Assembly (NCBI GenBank): GCA_013239625.1
Contig: MU053513.1
Coordinates: forward strand, 1,538,927 to 1,602,926
DNA length: 64,000 nucleotides
Source of the DNA: Lama guanicoe
Lineage: Eukaryota
Reading direction: 5' to 3'
Every line of letters starts with the position of its first letter. Within the stretch, counting starts at the first letter, position 1. The notes beneath the pieces are model-generated. The model ran no database searches. It saw nothing but the letters and a program-made list of their open reading frames with translations, and had not been told where the DNA came from. This document shows positions 25,591-40,363 of the stretch, piece by piece. Position numbers and translations under genes: made by a program.

Positions 25591-28500
25591 AAAATCATTA
25601 TCCTTTGAATCTTCATAAGTCTTCACAGTTTAAAAGTTTTCTACCTACTATCACATTTTATCCTTAAAAAAAAAAAAGAAAAAGAAAACTAAGGTGTGTG
25701 GTGAATTGTGTTTCCTTTAATACACTGAGGTCTTATGCCTCCTCATCCTAATGTCACATCTTATCCTCTCTTACCAAAATTTCAGGCACAAAATAGTGCC
25801 TCCCCCTTACTTCCAATTCAGCAAAATAAATAGGTATCTAATGAGGAGCTACGTCATCCTTGTAATGGTTGTTAAAAAGAAAAATAAAAGGAAAGGAAAG
25901 AGACTGAAACAACGGATTAAGAGGTAAGAGACTCAGACTGAGTGCCAATTCTGTACTCTCAGTTGAGCTTAGTCATTTGACCTCCCTGGTCTTCACGTCC
26001 ATCACAGCATTAGTAAAGCTTGTTCTGCATAACACAGCTGATACAAAAGCTCAATAAAAGACTAAACAAAAAAGTGCTTTTTAAACTAAAAAAACTCTAA
26101 ACATCATTATCAGTATTATTCTTGGAATACAGGTGCTTCTTGAATATTTACACCTATGCTTGACAGCTTCCCAAATTGCACTACTTTTCCTGAAAATTAG
26201 ATTTTGCTCCTTTTTAATGTCATAACCAGGATGAATTCCATTTTCCTCCCAAAATTACATTATCCTTCAACTTTCGTTGTTGAGAATAACTCATGGAGAG
26301 TGTTCTTACCATGCATTTATATTTCAATTGCCATTTTTCAGTTCTTATCACATGGTTATGATTATCCACACTTGAAACTCAGTATGGCTAGGATGATCAG
26401 AGTCTGAACCACTGTATAGAGCCACTAATATAAATTAATATTGTTTTTACTCTGATGGCACCATTATATATTCCACAAGTGTTCTTTATGAATAGGGTTA
26501 AAAAAATCATTTATCATTAGTGCTACAAAGATATTCTGGCCTACAAGCAGGTTACAAATCTCTCCAAAAACACATCAAATTCATTTTTAAAACTCCAGGA
26601 AATCCATCTCCAACTTTTTGTTTAATGCTTTCCTTAAACAGGAACTGAGTTGGCCCAAGATTCCACATGTTCCAAAGACCTCTGGAAGAAATTACGGGTT
26701 TGCGTGGCTGGTATTACATTATTTGGGAATGTGATTTTAAATATAAGCAACTGGAACAGTTACCTTCAGTGGTTATCTGAAAAAAATCAGTATTACTACT
26801 AAATATTTTAATGCAACTACTTTCCTACATCTCAGTCTACCAAGAACCTTATTAACTCCTTATGTTCTTCTAAAATAAGCATTATCGAAATATCAGTCAA
26901 TGTCATTATAGAAAATAAAGAGAAAGTGCATAATAATAAACCTAATAATTTACTAACCATACTTTCTTCAAGAGTTAATACCACATGTTTATACACAAAA
27001 AAAAAACTATGTTTCCTTTGTTAATGACTAAAGCTGTATCTAAGCTGGCATTATTTAAGTCTCAGAGACTTTTTCTCAAAAAGAGAAAAAAAGATTTTAT
27101 TTTCATCTAGTTAATTGCCCTTAAAATAGCAGAAATTAAGAATAATCTGAAGTGAAGAATAATTGTTGAGGGGAAAAGATTACCCACTTACCATTACCCT
27201 GAGAGCTTGAACAGAACAAAGTCACTCTGGCTTAAAGAAGAAACTCTGGCCAAGCCAGAGTGACGGAATTGTATTACTCAAAATTCTTCTCAAAAGCTAA
27301 GTGTCTTATCCTACATGATTCCCCGAAATATCTGGTAGCTGTGTTGTACCAGGAACTTCTAGAACTCAAACAATTCTTCAGTGACATTCATAGACTTGGA
27401 CACCTGCTCAGCCCTCTTAGCTCACACAGTTTGGAGACTGGCTCCCGCTTCTAGTAAAGTACTATAAATATGCAGGAACTGGAGAGAGGAAGGTCTGGAA
27501 GAATGAAAAAAAATTAAAATTAAGATCTCAGAAACATGAATTGCTCACTTATGTGTACTGGGTACTTTCCCATACTACCTCATTTAATCCTACAAAATTT
27601 CTATGTGAGGTGTATTACTATATCCATTTTTCATAGATTAGAAAATAAAGATTTAGAGAGACAAATAGTTTGTGGTTAAGTAGTATTTGGTGCAATTGTA
27701 ACTCCAACCCTGGTTGTCCAACTCCAAGCTCTTCTCCCTACCATGTTGCCTCTCTGACACATAGAGACATCCAAGTTACTGATCACTTCCTTGGGCACTA
27801 GCTCAGCTAACCCAGGTGAGTCAGGTCATGAGGGCAGGCATCACTCTGCCCTGCGCAGAGGAGAAAACCAGCGCAGACCCCTTAAGTAATTTGTCTAAGG
27901 TCACACAGCAGACATGACGGTGAATGACAAAGTCAGAACTGGAATTCAGATTTTTGTGTTTTTTTCTAACCCATGACACAGTAGCTATGATGTAAATATA
28001 AACTCAGCTTTAAATTTAAAACACCTAGAAGGTAGGGACTACAAAATGTTTGCTCTATATGGAGCCAAATACTCTGTTTTTTTAATAAACTATCCACTTC
28101 CTAAAGGAGTTTAGACAGTTTATGAAAAGAAGCTATTTGAAATTGGATCTTAAAAACAAACACATTTGATGATTAATAAATATCAAAATATTAACTTATT
28201 GTTTAATTTTATTCACTGTAAGTAATTTTTAAATGATTTCTTACAGTTAATTTTAAAACTAATTAGTTACATTCATTTCTTTGAATTATAAACACTGATA
28301 TATATGATCTCATGCCTATTATTTACCCATTATAATGCATATAATAAATTTCTAAGATTTGTTTTTAAAATATACGTTATTTTATAAATACAGTGCCTTT
28401 GCTTTCACCTTGTCAATGGCTACAGTCATCTAGAAAAAAGTTTCACAGTTGGGAAAAGACAAAATTGGCAACAAGACAGATATTTAGAAACCTGATACTT

Positions 28501-31500
28501 TCTGCTCTATTTAGACCTTCATGAGGATATTGTACAAAGCCCTGCCTCGAACTATGTAGAACTTTCTATAAATGATTCACTTCTAAATTAGCTGTACTGG
28601 GTCAACAGTGGCAAGTCTTAAATAAAAGGTGAATCATCCTTTGTCCTGTTACTTCTCTGGTACAATTACTTATTTTTTCCAGTGTTTTCAATGGGCAAAA
28701 TAATGTGACAAAAATAATTCTACTCCCCCCTAAAAGAAAATCAAATCAGTTTTTAATCTACCAGATGACTTCCCAGAGTAGCCAAAAGAATATCTTCTTC
28801 TGTTAATGAAATCTAATCAAAGCAACTACGTATCAAAGAAAGTCAAAATCTCAAAGCAATTCTTGAAACATACGAAAAGGTTAAAAGAATAGAGATGGGT
28901 TTTGGTTTTAGTCTTGCCTTTGTGGACGTTACACAGACAACAAACCCATGAGTAGATAAATCAAATGTGTATAGGTGTGTGTGTATATATATATATATCC
29001 TCTTCCACGATATTCTTCCAGCCCGAGGAGCTATCTAAGCTTTAGCATAGTCTAATAATGCTGCAAGGTTACATACCAATTTTAAAAACATCATAAATCA
29101 CTGCTAGTCCCCTTGTCAGATGCTGTCTCAAATTTTCCAGGTTTCTAAACCACTTATCTTCTTAAAAGCTTCCTCTTGTTTGACATTTAAGATGGAAGAG
29201 AACCTCAAAGGGGAAGGAGAAACTGTAACAGGGAGACATTTTACATCCGAGAACACAGTAGAGTGGTTTGTGAAACATAACATTATAAATTAATTATGAG
29301 CAAAAAATCTATGATTAAACTTTCCACTTTACCAAATAAATATACAAATATAATTTATAAGAAAATGGCCATCAGATCCCAAATGGGTCCTTAAAATTTT
29401 TTAATTTGTTTGTCAGAATGCTTATGTAGCACTGTGTTTGTATTAACCACGAAGCAGACTTAAAGCCCTTATGATGAAATGTCTGTAAAGTACGTGATAT
29501 TAAAAACCTCCCAAATGAATTATGGAAAATTGGAAAGCAAGCACGGAGAGCTTCTCAAGGGCCAAAATGGAGTGACACGGGAAGGTGGTCTATTTCCTAC
29601 CAATCCCAAAAACAGAAATTGTGACAGAAAGAGGTGAGCACTTAAGGAAGAAAACAGGCCATGCAAGAAACTATAAACATCTTGAGAGAGTGAAAGATTG
29701 CAGTTAATTTTTATTCTAAATCAGGACACCTGAAAAAACGTTAGAACAATGACCACAGAGTGACAGGGCAAGAGGTGACCAAGGAAAACGTACTACAGGG
29801 TTCCCTAGATGAGGGTGACAAAAGGTTGGAGCGACGGAGTGGAGGCAAACTCAGTGACTGCCTTAGGCCTTTATCCATTAGAAAGTTGGAGAAGCACAAA
29901 AGAAAAAAAAATTCACCCATGGGCAGGGCTGGTATGACACGAGCGAGGTGAGTCCGAGTCTGGAGAGTGTGTGGGAAGATTCTTCTTGGCTCAGGTTGCT
30001 TAGTTTTGAGCCATCTCCCACCCCAGGGACAGAGAGCTCCGAGGACAAAGACCGGGAAGATGTGGAGAGGAGCTGCCAAGAATAGAATCCCGGCCCTGAA
30101 TCGGAGACACGTGGTCGCAGCCCGCGGAGAGACTCTCACCTTTGCTCCGAGTTGTTTATTACCAGCCCCCGCTCCCCGCCCTCAGGCAGCAATTTCTTCC
30201 CACCCTCTGCTTGCCAACATTACTGCCATTCCCGCCTGTGAGACTCCGGGGACTGGGGCAGACCGAGCACTTAGTGCAGGGGGAGGAGAGTCCAGCAGTG
30301 TCGGGAAGCTTCCCGAAGAAGCCGGCAGGCTCCCACGGGGCTCCATCCTCAACTCCCAGGAATGTGCCGCCGAGCCAGAGCCTGGACGAGGAGTACCAGA
30401 GTCCCCTGGCTCCAGGCCTAGTGCTGACACTGCGCCTTGGCTACCTGCTTCTATTTTTGTAGCCACACGCTCTCCTCTCCCCACCGCCTCCCTAAATGCC
30501 TGTAATTCAAAACCTTCCTTACTACCCAGGAAACTGGCTTGTATACTGTGGGTGCTTAATGAGCAAATGTATGATAAACTTTCTCCCAGCACATTTTTTT
30601 TCTCCTTGTCTATAGTTAGGAGCACTCCAGGTCCTAGTCTACCCCTGTTGTCCCAGAGTTAATATCCTCCCTTCCACTCTGAAGTATTTGGGTTAGAAAT
30701 ACAAATGCATGGCCACCTATTTATAATGCTTCTTCTATTAAACTGATCAGATGGGCATGTTGCCATTTCAGGATGGTAAGACTAGACAGCATGGGATAAA
30801 AGGAGAAACCTGATTTGGATATTGAAGAAAGTCAGTGGCAGATGTCTTCCTCTATCCCTTAGCATCTAAGTAATCTTCCCCAGAAGCTTCTTAGAAGCAA
30901 ATATCAGTGTCCACGACTGGAGCACAGTTAAGATTCCAGGAGACTTAATGAGTGTGGGAGAGTCAAAAATGAGCTCTAAATGTTCAGTGGGAGAAGGGAG
31001 GAGAATAATAGAATTACATGCCGAGAAAGTCTGTCACAGGTATGTCTAGAAAAATAACACAAAGAAACATCGGTACTACCAAAGAGTTATTTTTGACCCA
31101 AGAGAAATGTGTTGTTAAACGCAATGTAAAATAATTCTGAATTGGTATTTTTTAGTATTTCTCAAGTTTAACTGAGATCTTTGACTTTGTCGACTGAAAT
31201 AACTTATTAGGTTTATACTAGACTCGATTGAAGAAGCTGTCATCAGAAGAGCCCAGAGGAGTTACTGAGATGGCTTAGTTTGAGGATCATGTATAGAGAT
31301 ATGCTTTTAAATTTGCTTTCCTGATTTTCCGAGATTAGGCAAAGGGTAGGAGAATGGAAATTGTATGAGTCTAGAACAGAAAGATTACAAGGAAAAAAAA
31401 AGGTACTCAGAAATTGCCTTCAAAGCATCTTTGAGGAGAAGAGAGAAAGAGAACTGACATTTACTGAACCATTGGCCTAGATACCTAGCGTGCTAGTTCA

Positions 31501-31944
31501 TTCAACTCTCACAACACTTCTATAAGGCAGGTATTACTTGTCATGCTTTTCGGGTTCACTTCCCTCGTTCAGTTTGTCAGCTATCGTGTGGCATCTCCAG
31601 GCACCCAGGCCTGCCACCCTGCCCTGAGACCCACCTTCCCATCAGACCGACCTGAAACTGCTGTCACGCCACCCTGACCCTCCGTCTGCTGCAGGACCCT
31701 ACAAGCCTGGAAGCAGCCGCAGCAGCAGGTGTAGCTTTGAGATATTACAAAAGCTTGGACTCTCGCACAGGTAACCATTCACTCTATGTAATTATAATCC
31801 TGTAAGGCTGACCCTAAAACTACAAGTATAAACAGGCAGTCTTCCACTGGTTTTCCCTTCTTGATGTTTTCTCGGTTTTTTTTTTTTTTCCTCTTTACCT
31901 CCTGATTTCACAGCATAAAGAACTTAACCTCAAGAAAACTGGCA

Positions 31945-32770
31945 TAAAGCAATGTTACCAGGAGGGTGGGGTGATACTGGCCTCTAAGGAAAACTGTTTG
32001 AAATTTTGTGGGGCCTTTGTTGGTTGTTACAATGATTATGTGACACCACTGGCACCTGGGAGAAATAGGGGATGAGGTATGAATTCTCATGCTCAGAAAG
32101 GCTCAGCTCAGCGAAGAGCTGTTTGGCACTCTGCACGGATTTGCAAATGTCCTACTAGAGAGTCAAGCCGGGAAGAGGAAAATTATGTACACATAAAATT
32201 ATTAAAATTAGTAAAGCCTAGACCTTAGAGATAAAGTATGTTTGGTTGTAAGTTTTCCTGGATTGCAATACCCACGTAAATCAAGGAAAAGCTTGCTTGT
32301 GAAGAACCTTACCAAGAGTTGCTCACAACTGCAGAAAATCAAGTCACTGACGGCGATGTTGTTCATGTTATTTGAATTTAACATAAAGCAGTCATGTCAG
32401 TCTGTGCCTACTGTTGTTATGTTACATAATTCTATGAATATCTACAGGTATTTATCCCTTATTTCAAAAGGTAGCATATAAAGGAGTCAACAACATTCAG
32501 TTGACTATTATCTTATTCTTACCCTTTTTAAATCCAAACCTGTTCACTGTAAGAAGGTATAAGCACTGATTGCTTCATTACATCTGAGATAGTTTTCCCA
32601 AGTATTGCACTGAAATTCTTACTTGTTTCCAATATTACTGTTAAGGAATAATTTAGATTATATGCACAGGTAGATGGTATTGTTTAAATTTTTCAGGAAT
32701 TTTAATGTGGTACCACAAAGTATTTGTTAATATAGGGGAACCTTGGGCCCCATAAGGTTAAGACCACTTG
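31945..32770. mobile_element. MER20/Charlie-like hAT remnant
   Basis: GGTTGTTACAATG..CACCACTGGCACCTGG motifs and a GGTTAAGACCACT end. Approximate bounds. Confidence 0.45.
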
Positions 32771-33798
32771 TGTAAAGGAAGGAGCATGGCCTCTGGAGTC
32801 CGACAAACCTAAGATGAAAGACATCGCTTGGGACTGCATGACTTGAGTTTACTTTTGTTCTGAACTCCAGTTGCCTCATCTGTGAATGGTCGTCATTTCT
32901 GGGGGTTCTGTGAGCATTGCTATTTCAGACAAGACAGCACGGGTTAAGTGGCAATGACAGGTATTCAACAATAATCCCCTTCTCAGTGCTCAAGCCACGT
33001 TTCTCTTCCCCCGCTCACCTTTACACAAAGGCAGGAAAATCAAAATAGGAAGAAGGAAATATAAAGAATACCGAAGGAGAAGGGGAGTCACAGATCCCGG
33101 TCAGCACCTCATACCTAGCGACACCCAGAGCGCCCTGCGACTGTCAAGTGTGAGACGGCCCAGAAGGTTCAAGTAACATTCTGGCCCTGGACCATGAAGA
33201 ACACGGTGTTAATGCCAACCACACAAGCACTGCTACCTTCGTGGAGTATATGGATACATGAATTGTTTCAGGAATGGATGTGGAATTATTTCCTCAACCT
33301 TGTTACTGTGTATCCCTTTAAGACTACTTAAAAGTTAACACTGTAACTGAAGAACCTGTGACTTTTACAGACTGAGATGTAAATCCTGAACTTTAGCCGT
33401 ATTTTTTTTTAACTTGGAACTCTTCCTCTACTTGTGCTTTGATTACCTCAAGGGAGATTTTTATAAAATAGTAAATACACTTTCTGAATGCTGGAATTCT
33501 TGAGCTTCTTAGCCACAACTTACCAAGGGCCGGGTATGTTTCTAAAAGGCAAATATTCTACCACTGACAAGGTCTAAGGTCCCTTCTTGCCTTTCACTTA
33601 TCTGTAGAAGCCACTGGACCTCCCTGGTATTAGTCAGGTCCAAATTTCAACTTCCTATTCCATATTTTAATCACCAAAACTTCAAAATACTCTGCACACC
33701 CTAGACAGAAAGGCTAGAGTTTCTAAGATAGTGAGAAAAAACAGTTTTTAGATCCTACTCTAGAGAAACAGTTACAATGATCCACTCTTGGTTGGCTG

Positions 33799-33858
33799 GT
33801 TTTGTTTTGTTTTGTTTTGTTTTGTTTTGTTTTGTTTTGTTTTGTTTTGTTTTGTTTT
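33799..33858. repeat. (GTTTT)12 perfect pentanucleotide microsatellite
   Basis: Seen directly; explains the KTKQN repeats in ORF 33723-33974. Confidence 0.97.
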
Positions 33859-33930
33859 AGTCTTAGCAAGTATCTAGCCCAAAGGTATCTGTTGGTTACT
33901 TCTATCTGAATAGTTTCAAGGAACACCTTT

Positions 33931-34507
33931 AGATGCACTGCAACATTCACAGCATAGTTATTTACAACTGCCAAGATATGGAAGCAACCTAAGTGTCTAT
34001 CAACAGATAAATGGATAAAGGAGATATGGTATACATAGATACATACAATGGAATACTACCCAGCCATAAAAAAAGAATGAAATTTTGCCATTTGCAGTAA
34101 CATGGATGAATCTGGAGGGTATTATGCTAAGTGAAATAAGTCAGACAGAGAACAGCAAATACTGTATGATATCACTTTTACATGGACTCTAAAAAATAAA
34201 CCTACTGAATATAAAAAAAAGTGAATGTATTAAGAAAAAAAAAAAAGACTCATGGATACAGAGAACAAACTAGTGGTTACCAGTGGGGAGAGGAAAGGTG
34301 GAGGAACAAGATAAGGGTAGAGGATTAAGAGGTATAAACTATTATGTATAAAATAAGCTATAAGGACATACTGTATAATGCAGAGAATATAGTCCATATT
34401 TTAGAATAACTATACATGGAATATAACCTTTAAAAATTGTAAATCACTATGTTGTATACCTGAGACTTATTACACTATACATCAGCTGTACCTCACTTTT
34501 TTAAAAA
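33931..34507 (+). mobile_element. 5'-truncated L1 3' end
   Basis: GCCAAGATATGGAAGCAACCTAAGTGTCTATCAACAGATAAATGGATAAAG... TSD AAGGAACACCTTT/AATGAATACCTTT. Confidence 0.9.
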
Positions 34508-36276
34508 AATGAATACCTTTGGTTACCTCAGGTGATTGGAGGTTTATAATAAGGAGACACAGGAAAGCCAAAGAACCATGGGAAACATTTTCAAAAGACA
34601 AAGACTTCTTAGAAATTATTAAAAACTGGTTCATTGACATTAAAGACACTATGAGCTCTCCTGGCATGAAGGACGCTTTGGTGGCCCTCTGTCACCCTGT
34701 CAGGGCCCCAGTCACTCTGCCTTCCCCTGGCTTCATAGTTTTTTCCCTTAGGTCCACTTCTTTGCTTCTGCCACTACCAACTGTGCAGAACAGATACACA
34801 GTATGCTCCTGATGGGGTCAAAAGAAAAGCAGAAAAGGGGGTTGTACCCACAAAGATATGCGTGTACTCTCACACATAAACACACACACTTATGCATTCA
34901 TAAATTTTATTTTTCTGGAAGGACGGTCAAGAAAGTAGTCAAAGCAGATGCTTCTGGGGAAGAGAACTAGGGAACCGTGGTTCCGGGTGGCCTACTTTTT
35001 AAAAATATTTACTATCTACATATGTTATTTTTTTCAATTAAAATTAAAATTGGCTTTAAATAACATTTGCTACAGTAGCTCCACTGTGGACTTCTGCCTC
35101 ACAGAGAGTAATTTCTGCTAGCAGATTTAGTGACTGAATAAAACACAAAAGCACAGACACCACTTTCCTTTGGTGGCCTTTGGTCAAACATTCTGGACAC
35201 CTTCATTAACTGGGAGACAACAGGTGGAAAGGGAAAGGAGGACCTGAGAGGTGAATTAGAATTAATAACATTGAGGAGGTCAAGAGATGAGGCAGGCTGG
35301 ATTAGGAAGAGATCTCATAAACTGATTTTAGCTATTCCTGTTTATAGCTAAAAAGTTTTGAGGCAACTACATAAGAACTTGTGTGACATCACAGTCCTAA
35401 ATATCTAAGCAATATGTTTGATGTCAGAAGGGCAGAAAATTATATCTTAGCTTCTAAAATTTCATTTCAAGTTTATATTACTGTGCCTTACTGAATCAAA
35501 TTCATGGAATTCTATTTCCCAAGATTTTTATTGAGTTCAAAACACTTCATCTGCATTTTCTATTTATCTCTCATTACCCGAAGCACTATTAGCATCTAAG
35601 TCTCAGCTCTTTGTCCAGAACTTCTAACAAGAAGGAAGTAATCCCTAGATGACCGTGTAAATACACTAGCATCTCTACAATTTCAAGAATTTCTATAGTC
35701 CATCCACTTATAAGGCAGAGAGAGCTTTTGCTTACAAAGCAGAGAGAACTTCTGCTATGTTTTGTTTAGCGTTTTAGTAATGTAAAAACCAAAAACAAGA
35801 ACAAAACAAAACCAGCCTCTGATTTGAAGTTGGGTCTCTCTATTCTGGCTTGTTACTTTCCTGTACAGTTACACTTTTGCATTTGTGGAATCAAGATTAC
35901 ATGCTAGGTATATACATTGAGCAGTAAACAGACACGTGAATACTTTTGGAACTCTGTCATGATTTTCCCAACCAAGTTCTATCTCACTCTTCTTTGATCT
36001 CTGCCCACCACATCCCCATCTGCATACTTGGCATTGCTGGCATTTTTCATACTCCGCCTCGTATTACCAGCATATGTATCCTTGTTTCTCATATATCTTA
36101 GTTTACTCTTACTACCATGACTCCTATACATTGTAACACCATGAAATAGGCACTTAGTAACCTTTGTATGTATTTCAATACTTTGTACATAAAGATGATA
36201 CTCAAATATTTTTAACTGAGGGCACGAGCTCTGGAAGAACGTTCAAGCTAGAAAGGACTTTGGATCTCATTTAATC

Positions 36277-36460
36277 CAGTGGTTCCCAAATACATATCTA
36301 CTGACAGGTGACAGGCCGGCTGCATAGGGACATCAGGGAAATATTAAATTACAACATTTTCAGGCCCTATTCCAATCTGTAGAGGTGGGGCCCAGAAACC
36401 TGGGTTCTATAAAAGGGTTACCAGGTGATTCTGAGATGAAACCATGTTTGGGAACCGCTG
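36277..36460. mobile_element. MER5-like hAT MITE inserted into a MIR-like element
   Basis: TIRs CAGTGGTTCCCAAA / TTTGGGAACCGCTG. Confidence 0.8.
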
Positions 36461-36720
36461 GGCTAGTGCACCTACCCCAGATCACATATGAAGAAACTGA
36501 AGCCGAGTGAGATGGGAGCCTCACCCAAAGTTGGACAGTAAAGGAACAGAACAGCAGAAAGATCAATGGAGGACAGGGATGAAATGGAAACTATCTGGCA
36601 GACATCTTCAGAATTAAATAAAAGGAAAGTATTAACTAAATAGGACACGTTACCATAGAGAACCATTTTATCACAGAATAAAACTGATGAATAGCTTTTT
36701 TTTTAATGTAGGCATTTTCA

Positions 36721-38175
36721 CATCAAAACTACGATGAGGTATCACTTCACACCAGTCAGAATGACCATCATCAAAAAAAGTCTATAAATAATAATTGCTG
36801 GAGAGGCTGTGGAGAAAAAGGAACCCTCCTACACTGTTGGTGGGAATATAAACTGGTGCAGCCACTATGGAGAACAGTATGGAGGTTCCTTAAAAAGCTA
36901 AAAATAGAGTTGCCATGTGATCCAGCAATTCCACTCTTGGACATATATCCACAAAAACTTCAATTTGAAAGGATTCCTACACCCCAGTGTTCACGGCAGC
37001 ACTATGTACAATAGCCAAGGGACTGAAGCAACCTGAATGTCCACTGACAGATGACTGGATAAAGAAGTTGTGGTATAAATATGCAAGGGAATACTACTCA
37101 GCCATAACAATGAAATAATGCCATGTGTAGCAACATGGATGGACCTGGAAATTGTCATTCTAAGTGAACTAAGTCAGAAAGAGAAAGAAAAATATCATAT
37201 GATATCACTTATATGTGGAATCTAAAAAAATGATACAAATGAACTTATTTCAAAACACACAGACTCACAGACAATAGAAACTAAATTTATGGTTACCAAA
37301 AGGGAAAGGGGTGGGGGAGGAATAAATTAGGAATTTGAGATTAACAGATACACACTACAATACATAAAACAGATAAACAACAGGGCCTACTGTATAGCAC
37401 AGGAAATTATATTCAGCATCTTGTAATAACTTATAATGGAAAAGAATCTGGAAAAGAACATATGTATATAACTGAATTACTTTGTATACATGAACCCTTA
37501 TAAATCAACTATACCTCAACTTAAAAAAAAACAAAAAATTAAAAATTAAAGAAATCATGAGGATACAACGTACAGCGTGATGACTATAGTTAATACTGTA
37601 TTGCGTATTGGAGAGTTGCTGAGAGCAGATCTTAAAAGTCCTCATCACAAGAAAAAAATTTGTAACTATGAATGGTGATAAATGTTAATTAGATTTATTG
37701 TGATCATTTCACAATGTATCAAATCATTATATTATAAACCTAAAATACGTCACTTACCTCAAAAAAGATTACATTTAAAACAATAAAAGCAGTCAAAATG
37801 AAGCTACTCTGTTTAGAAAAGCTCACCAAGCTGATCAAATTATAAAGTAAGGGATTAATTACCATAAAAGTCAGGATAGTGGTTACGCTTGGAGGGCAGG
37901 TGGGAAAGGATGTGCAGAATGTTCTAGAGCAGCTGACAAGGACTATCCTTTTTGAGGGGTGTGGTTACAAGAGGGTTCAACTTATTCATCAAGTACATTT
38001 GTTTCATGTGCTTTTCTCTACTTATAGTTAATTAAAAAATTTAATGTAGAATGAAAAGTAGAAATGTCAGTCAAAATGTTGCTAATTGTCAAAACCAAGC
38101 ACATGGGAGTTAACTGCATTGTACTTTTCACTTTTGCATGTATTTAAAATTTCCATAATAAAAAGTTTTTAAAAA
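36721..38175 (+). mobile_element. Stack of L1 3' ends (younger 36721-~37545, older L1M-type to ~38175)
   Basis: ORF2 C-terminal DNA (CACACCAGTCAGAATGACCATCATCAAAAA) plus 3' UTR and A-tail, followed by two older L1 3' UTR-type segments with A-rich ends. Confidence 0.82.
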
Positions 38176-38383
38176 AAATTACTACACACCAACCAGTAGC
38201 CCCTGTCTAGAGCAGCTCTCAATCTCACGGGAGACAGTAAATCAACAATCCCCAATCTATTCAGAGTTATGGAAGCTCAGAGGAGCGGCACAGAACCAGT
38301 CCTCAGGAGGGCTGGGGACAGGCTTAGAGCAGTGACCCCCAAGTCCTGAGCATAAGTAGTTAGTCATTAATTTAAAAAGAGGT

Positions 38384-38707
38384 CATTAAATTGAAGGGGT
38401 TCTAATGAACTTGGCAGCCCAAGTAAGCAAAATCAAAACCTAAGCCTGCAAATGCCTCAAAATTAAGAAACCTAAACCTGAAGACAACCAATCACAGTCA
38501 ACTAGGCTTTCCCAAATAAGGCAACCACTGAAGCTACAGCCAATCAAATCGTTCCCTCGCTTGCCCTGCACGTCTTCTCTAGGAAACAGCTTGCCTCTAC
38601 CTCCTGTTTGTGGAGCACTCCCAGCCCTTTCTGGTTTGGCACTGCCCAAATCGATTTTTGCTCCAATAGCCTCTTAATTTTAATATGCCTCAGTTTGTCT
38701 TTTAACA
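38384..38707 (+). mobile_element. ERV1-type solo LTR
   Basis: Repeated CCAATCA boxes (ACAACCAATCAC, CAGCCAATCAAA) and a terminal CCTCAGTTTGTCTTTTAACA. Confidence 0.6.
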
Positions 38708-40363
38708 GAGTTCACTGGGAAAGAATAGAGGAGAGATTCCCCAGTAAAAGGAAGAACAATGAATAAAAGTCAGAGAATCAAAACCAGCTTCATGTTCTGT
38801 ACAGACCATGGAAGGCATCTGCTGGACCCTACTTCAGGAAGTCTCAGAGGACCAGTCATGCCACTGTCCTCTCCAACAGGTCTCCTTATTCACTGTTCAT
38901 CTGTCTTTGTACCACAGGACCCAACAGACTGGACCAGAGACATCCTGCCCCACCTGTCCCGTGCCCCGGCTCACCAACAACAGACTCACTCTCAGGGAGC
39001 TCAAATTTGAGACAGAGAGGGGCACAGGAAGTACAGAGGCAAAGGAACTGAAAGACACAGAGACATGAGGCAATAAGCACTTTAAAGGAGTAAAGTCAAA
39101 GGATGAGAGAAGAGACTCAGGAAGGAATAGAGTTTTAAGAAGTAGGGAGAGAGAGGCGGAGATGGGAGTGAGAGGACAACTGGACCTGCTCTCGGTTCTC
39201 TAGAGTCTAAAGCTACTGCTTGCACCCAGACAGCACGAATGATGTTCCAGTTGTCCATGGAGCCTGACTGCCCAGCTGCAGTCCTGAGCCCCCTCACCTC
39301 CCTGTAAACAAACACACACATACACATTGCCAGTGTAACCCGAATGTCTCCATCTCTGGATGGGAGCAGGTGAAGGACGGCAAAGGGGCCACCAACCGCC
39401 TATGAGGCAGCAGAGGCTTGGGGAGTGGTTGGCCCCTGGACTTGATCCTAGAATTGTTCACCCACCTACTTCAGGGAATTTCCAACACCCAGAGCGTCAG
39501 TCCTACCCATTTCTTATCTGCCTGATAGTGATGAGGTCTATAAGGCAGCTAGTGAAATTAACCTCCCACTTCCCCAAACGAGTCATGGTTTTTGGGTTTT
39601 TTGCTTGAGTTTTTCATGTAAAATTGAGGCTGATGCTCAGGAGGGATAGTAAGCACACATAATGATTGCAGTATATTTAGAACTTCTCAGATGGTACTGT
39701 GCAATTCCAGAAAATTCCATTCTATTTAACTTAAACCAAACTGTATAATGGAAACACAGCAGATGAATGGTTGATTGTGTTTCAGCTTTATAAAGCACTA
39801 GTCAGGGATCATTCCTCCTCTGAAAAACACTAGAGCTATTCTTACTGACTACAGAATAAAACGCGTACAGCTTCAAGGACATTTGTAGTCACTACTATCT
39901 ACATCTTCAGCTTCATTTCCTACTGTATCCAGTCGTCTACTTTTATTAAACTTTTATAGAGCAGCTAAGCCATCTAGCAGCTGTGGAAATGAGCTTATTT
40001 AAAAAAAAAAAAACCCTGCCAGCCCTCAGGAAGAGATAGGGAAGTAACAAAGTTCAACTTAGCATGCAAGTGCTATGTAAAAATCACGCAATAGTGAGTA
40101 TTATACGAAATGTAGGTTGGCAGATTCACAAGGAAGTCTTCTTGGAAGAGGTGACAGTTGAGACTGGAGAGGTGAGTAGGAGCTATCAGACCAAAGAAGT
40201 GAGAACACCATGAGAAAAGGCAGAGAGGAATGGAACAGTTAAATATTCTGGAATAAAAAGGAGATCGGTAGGAGATGAGACTGGAGGAGTAGGCAGAGGG
40301 CAGGACTAAAGAGGCAGGTAGGACTTGGAGACGTTGTTTGGCTGGCGGGGGTTACTTGTTACG

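Noticed and set aside
29967..30662. Longest ORF in the window (231 aa, + strand) as a novel protein
   Set aside because: GTG start, no recognisable domain, and overlapping ORFs on both strands. Expected from stop-codon scarcity in a GC-rich patch.
33799..33858. Regular repeat as CRISPR-like or coding repeat
   Set aside because: Simple (GTTTT)12 microsatellite with no spacers, in eukaryotic DNA.
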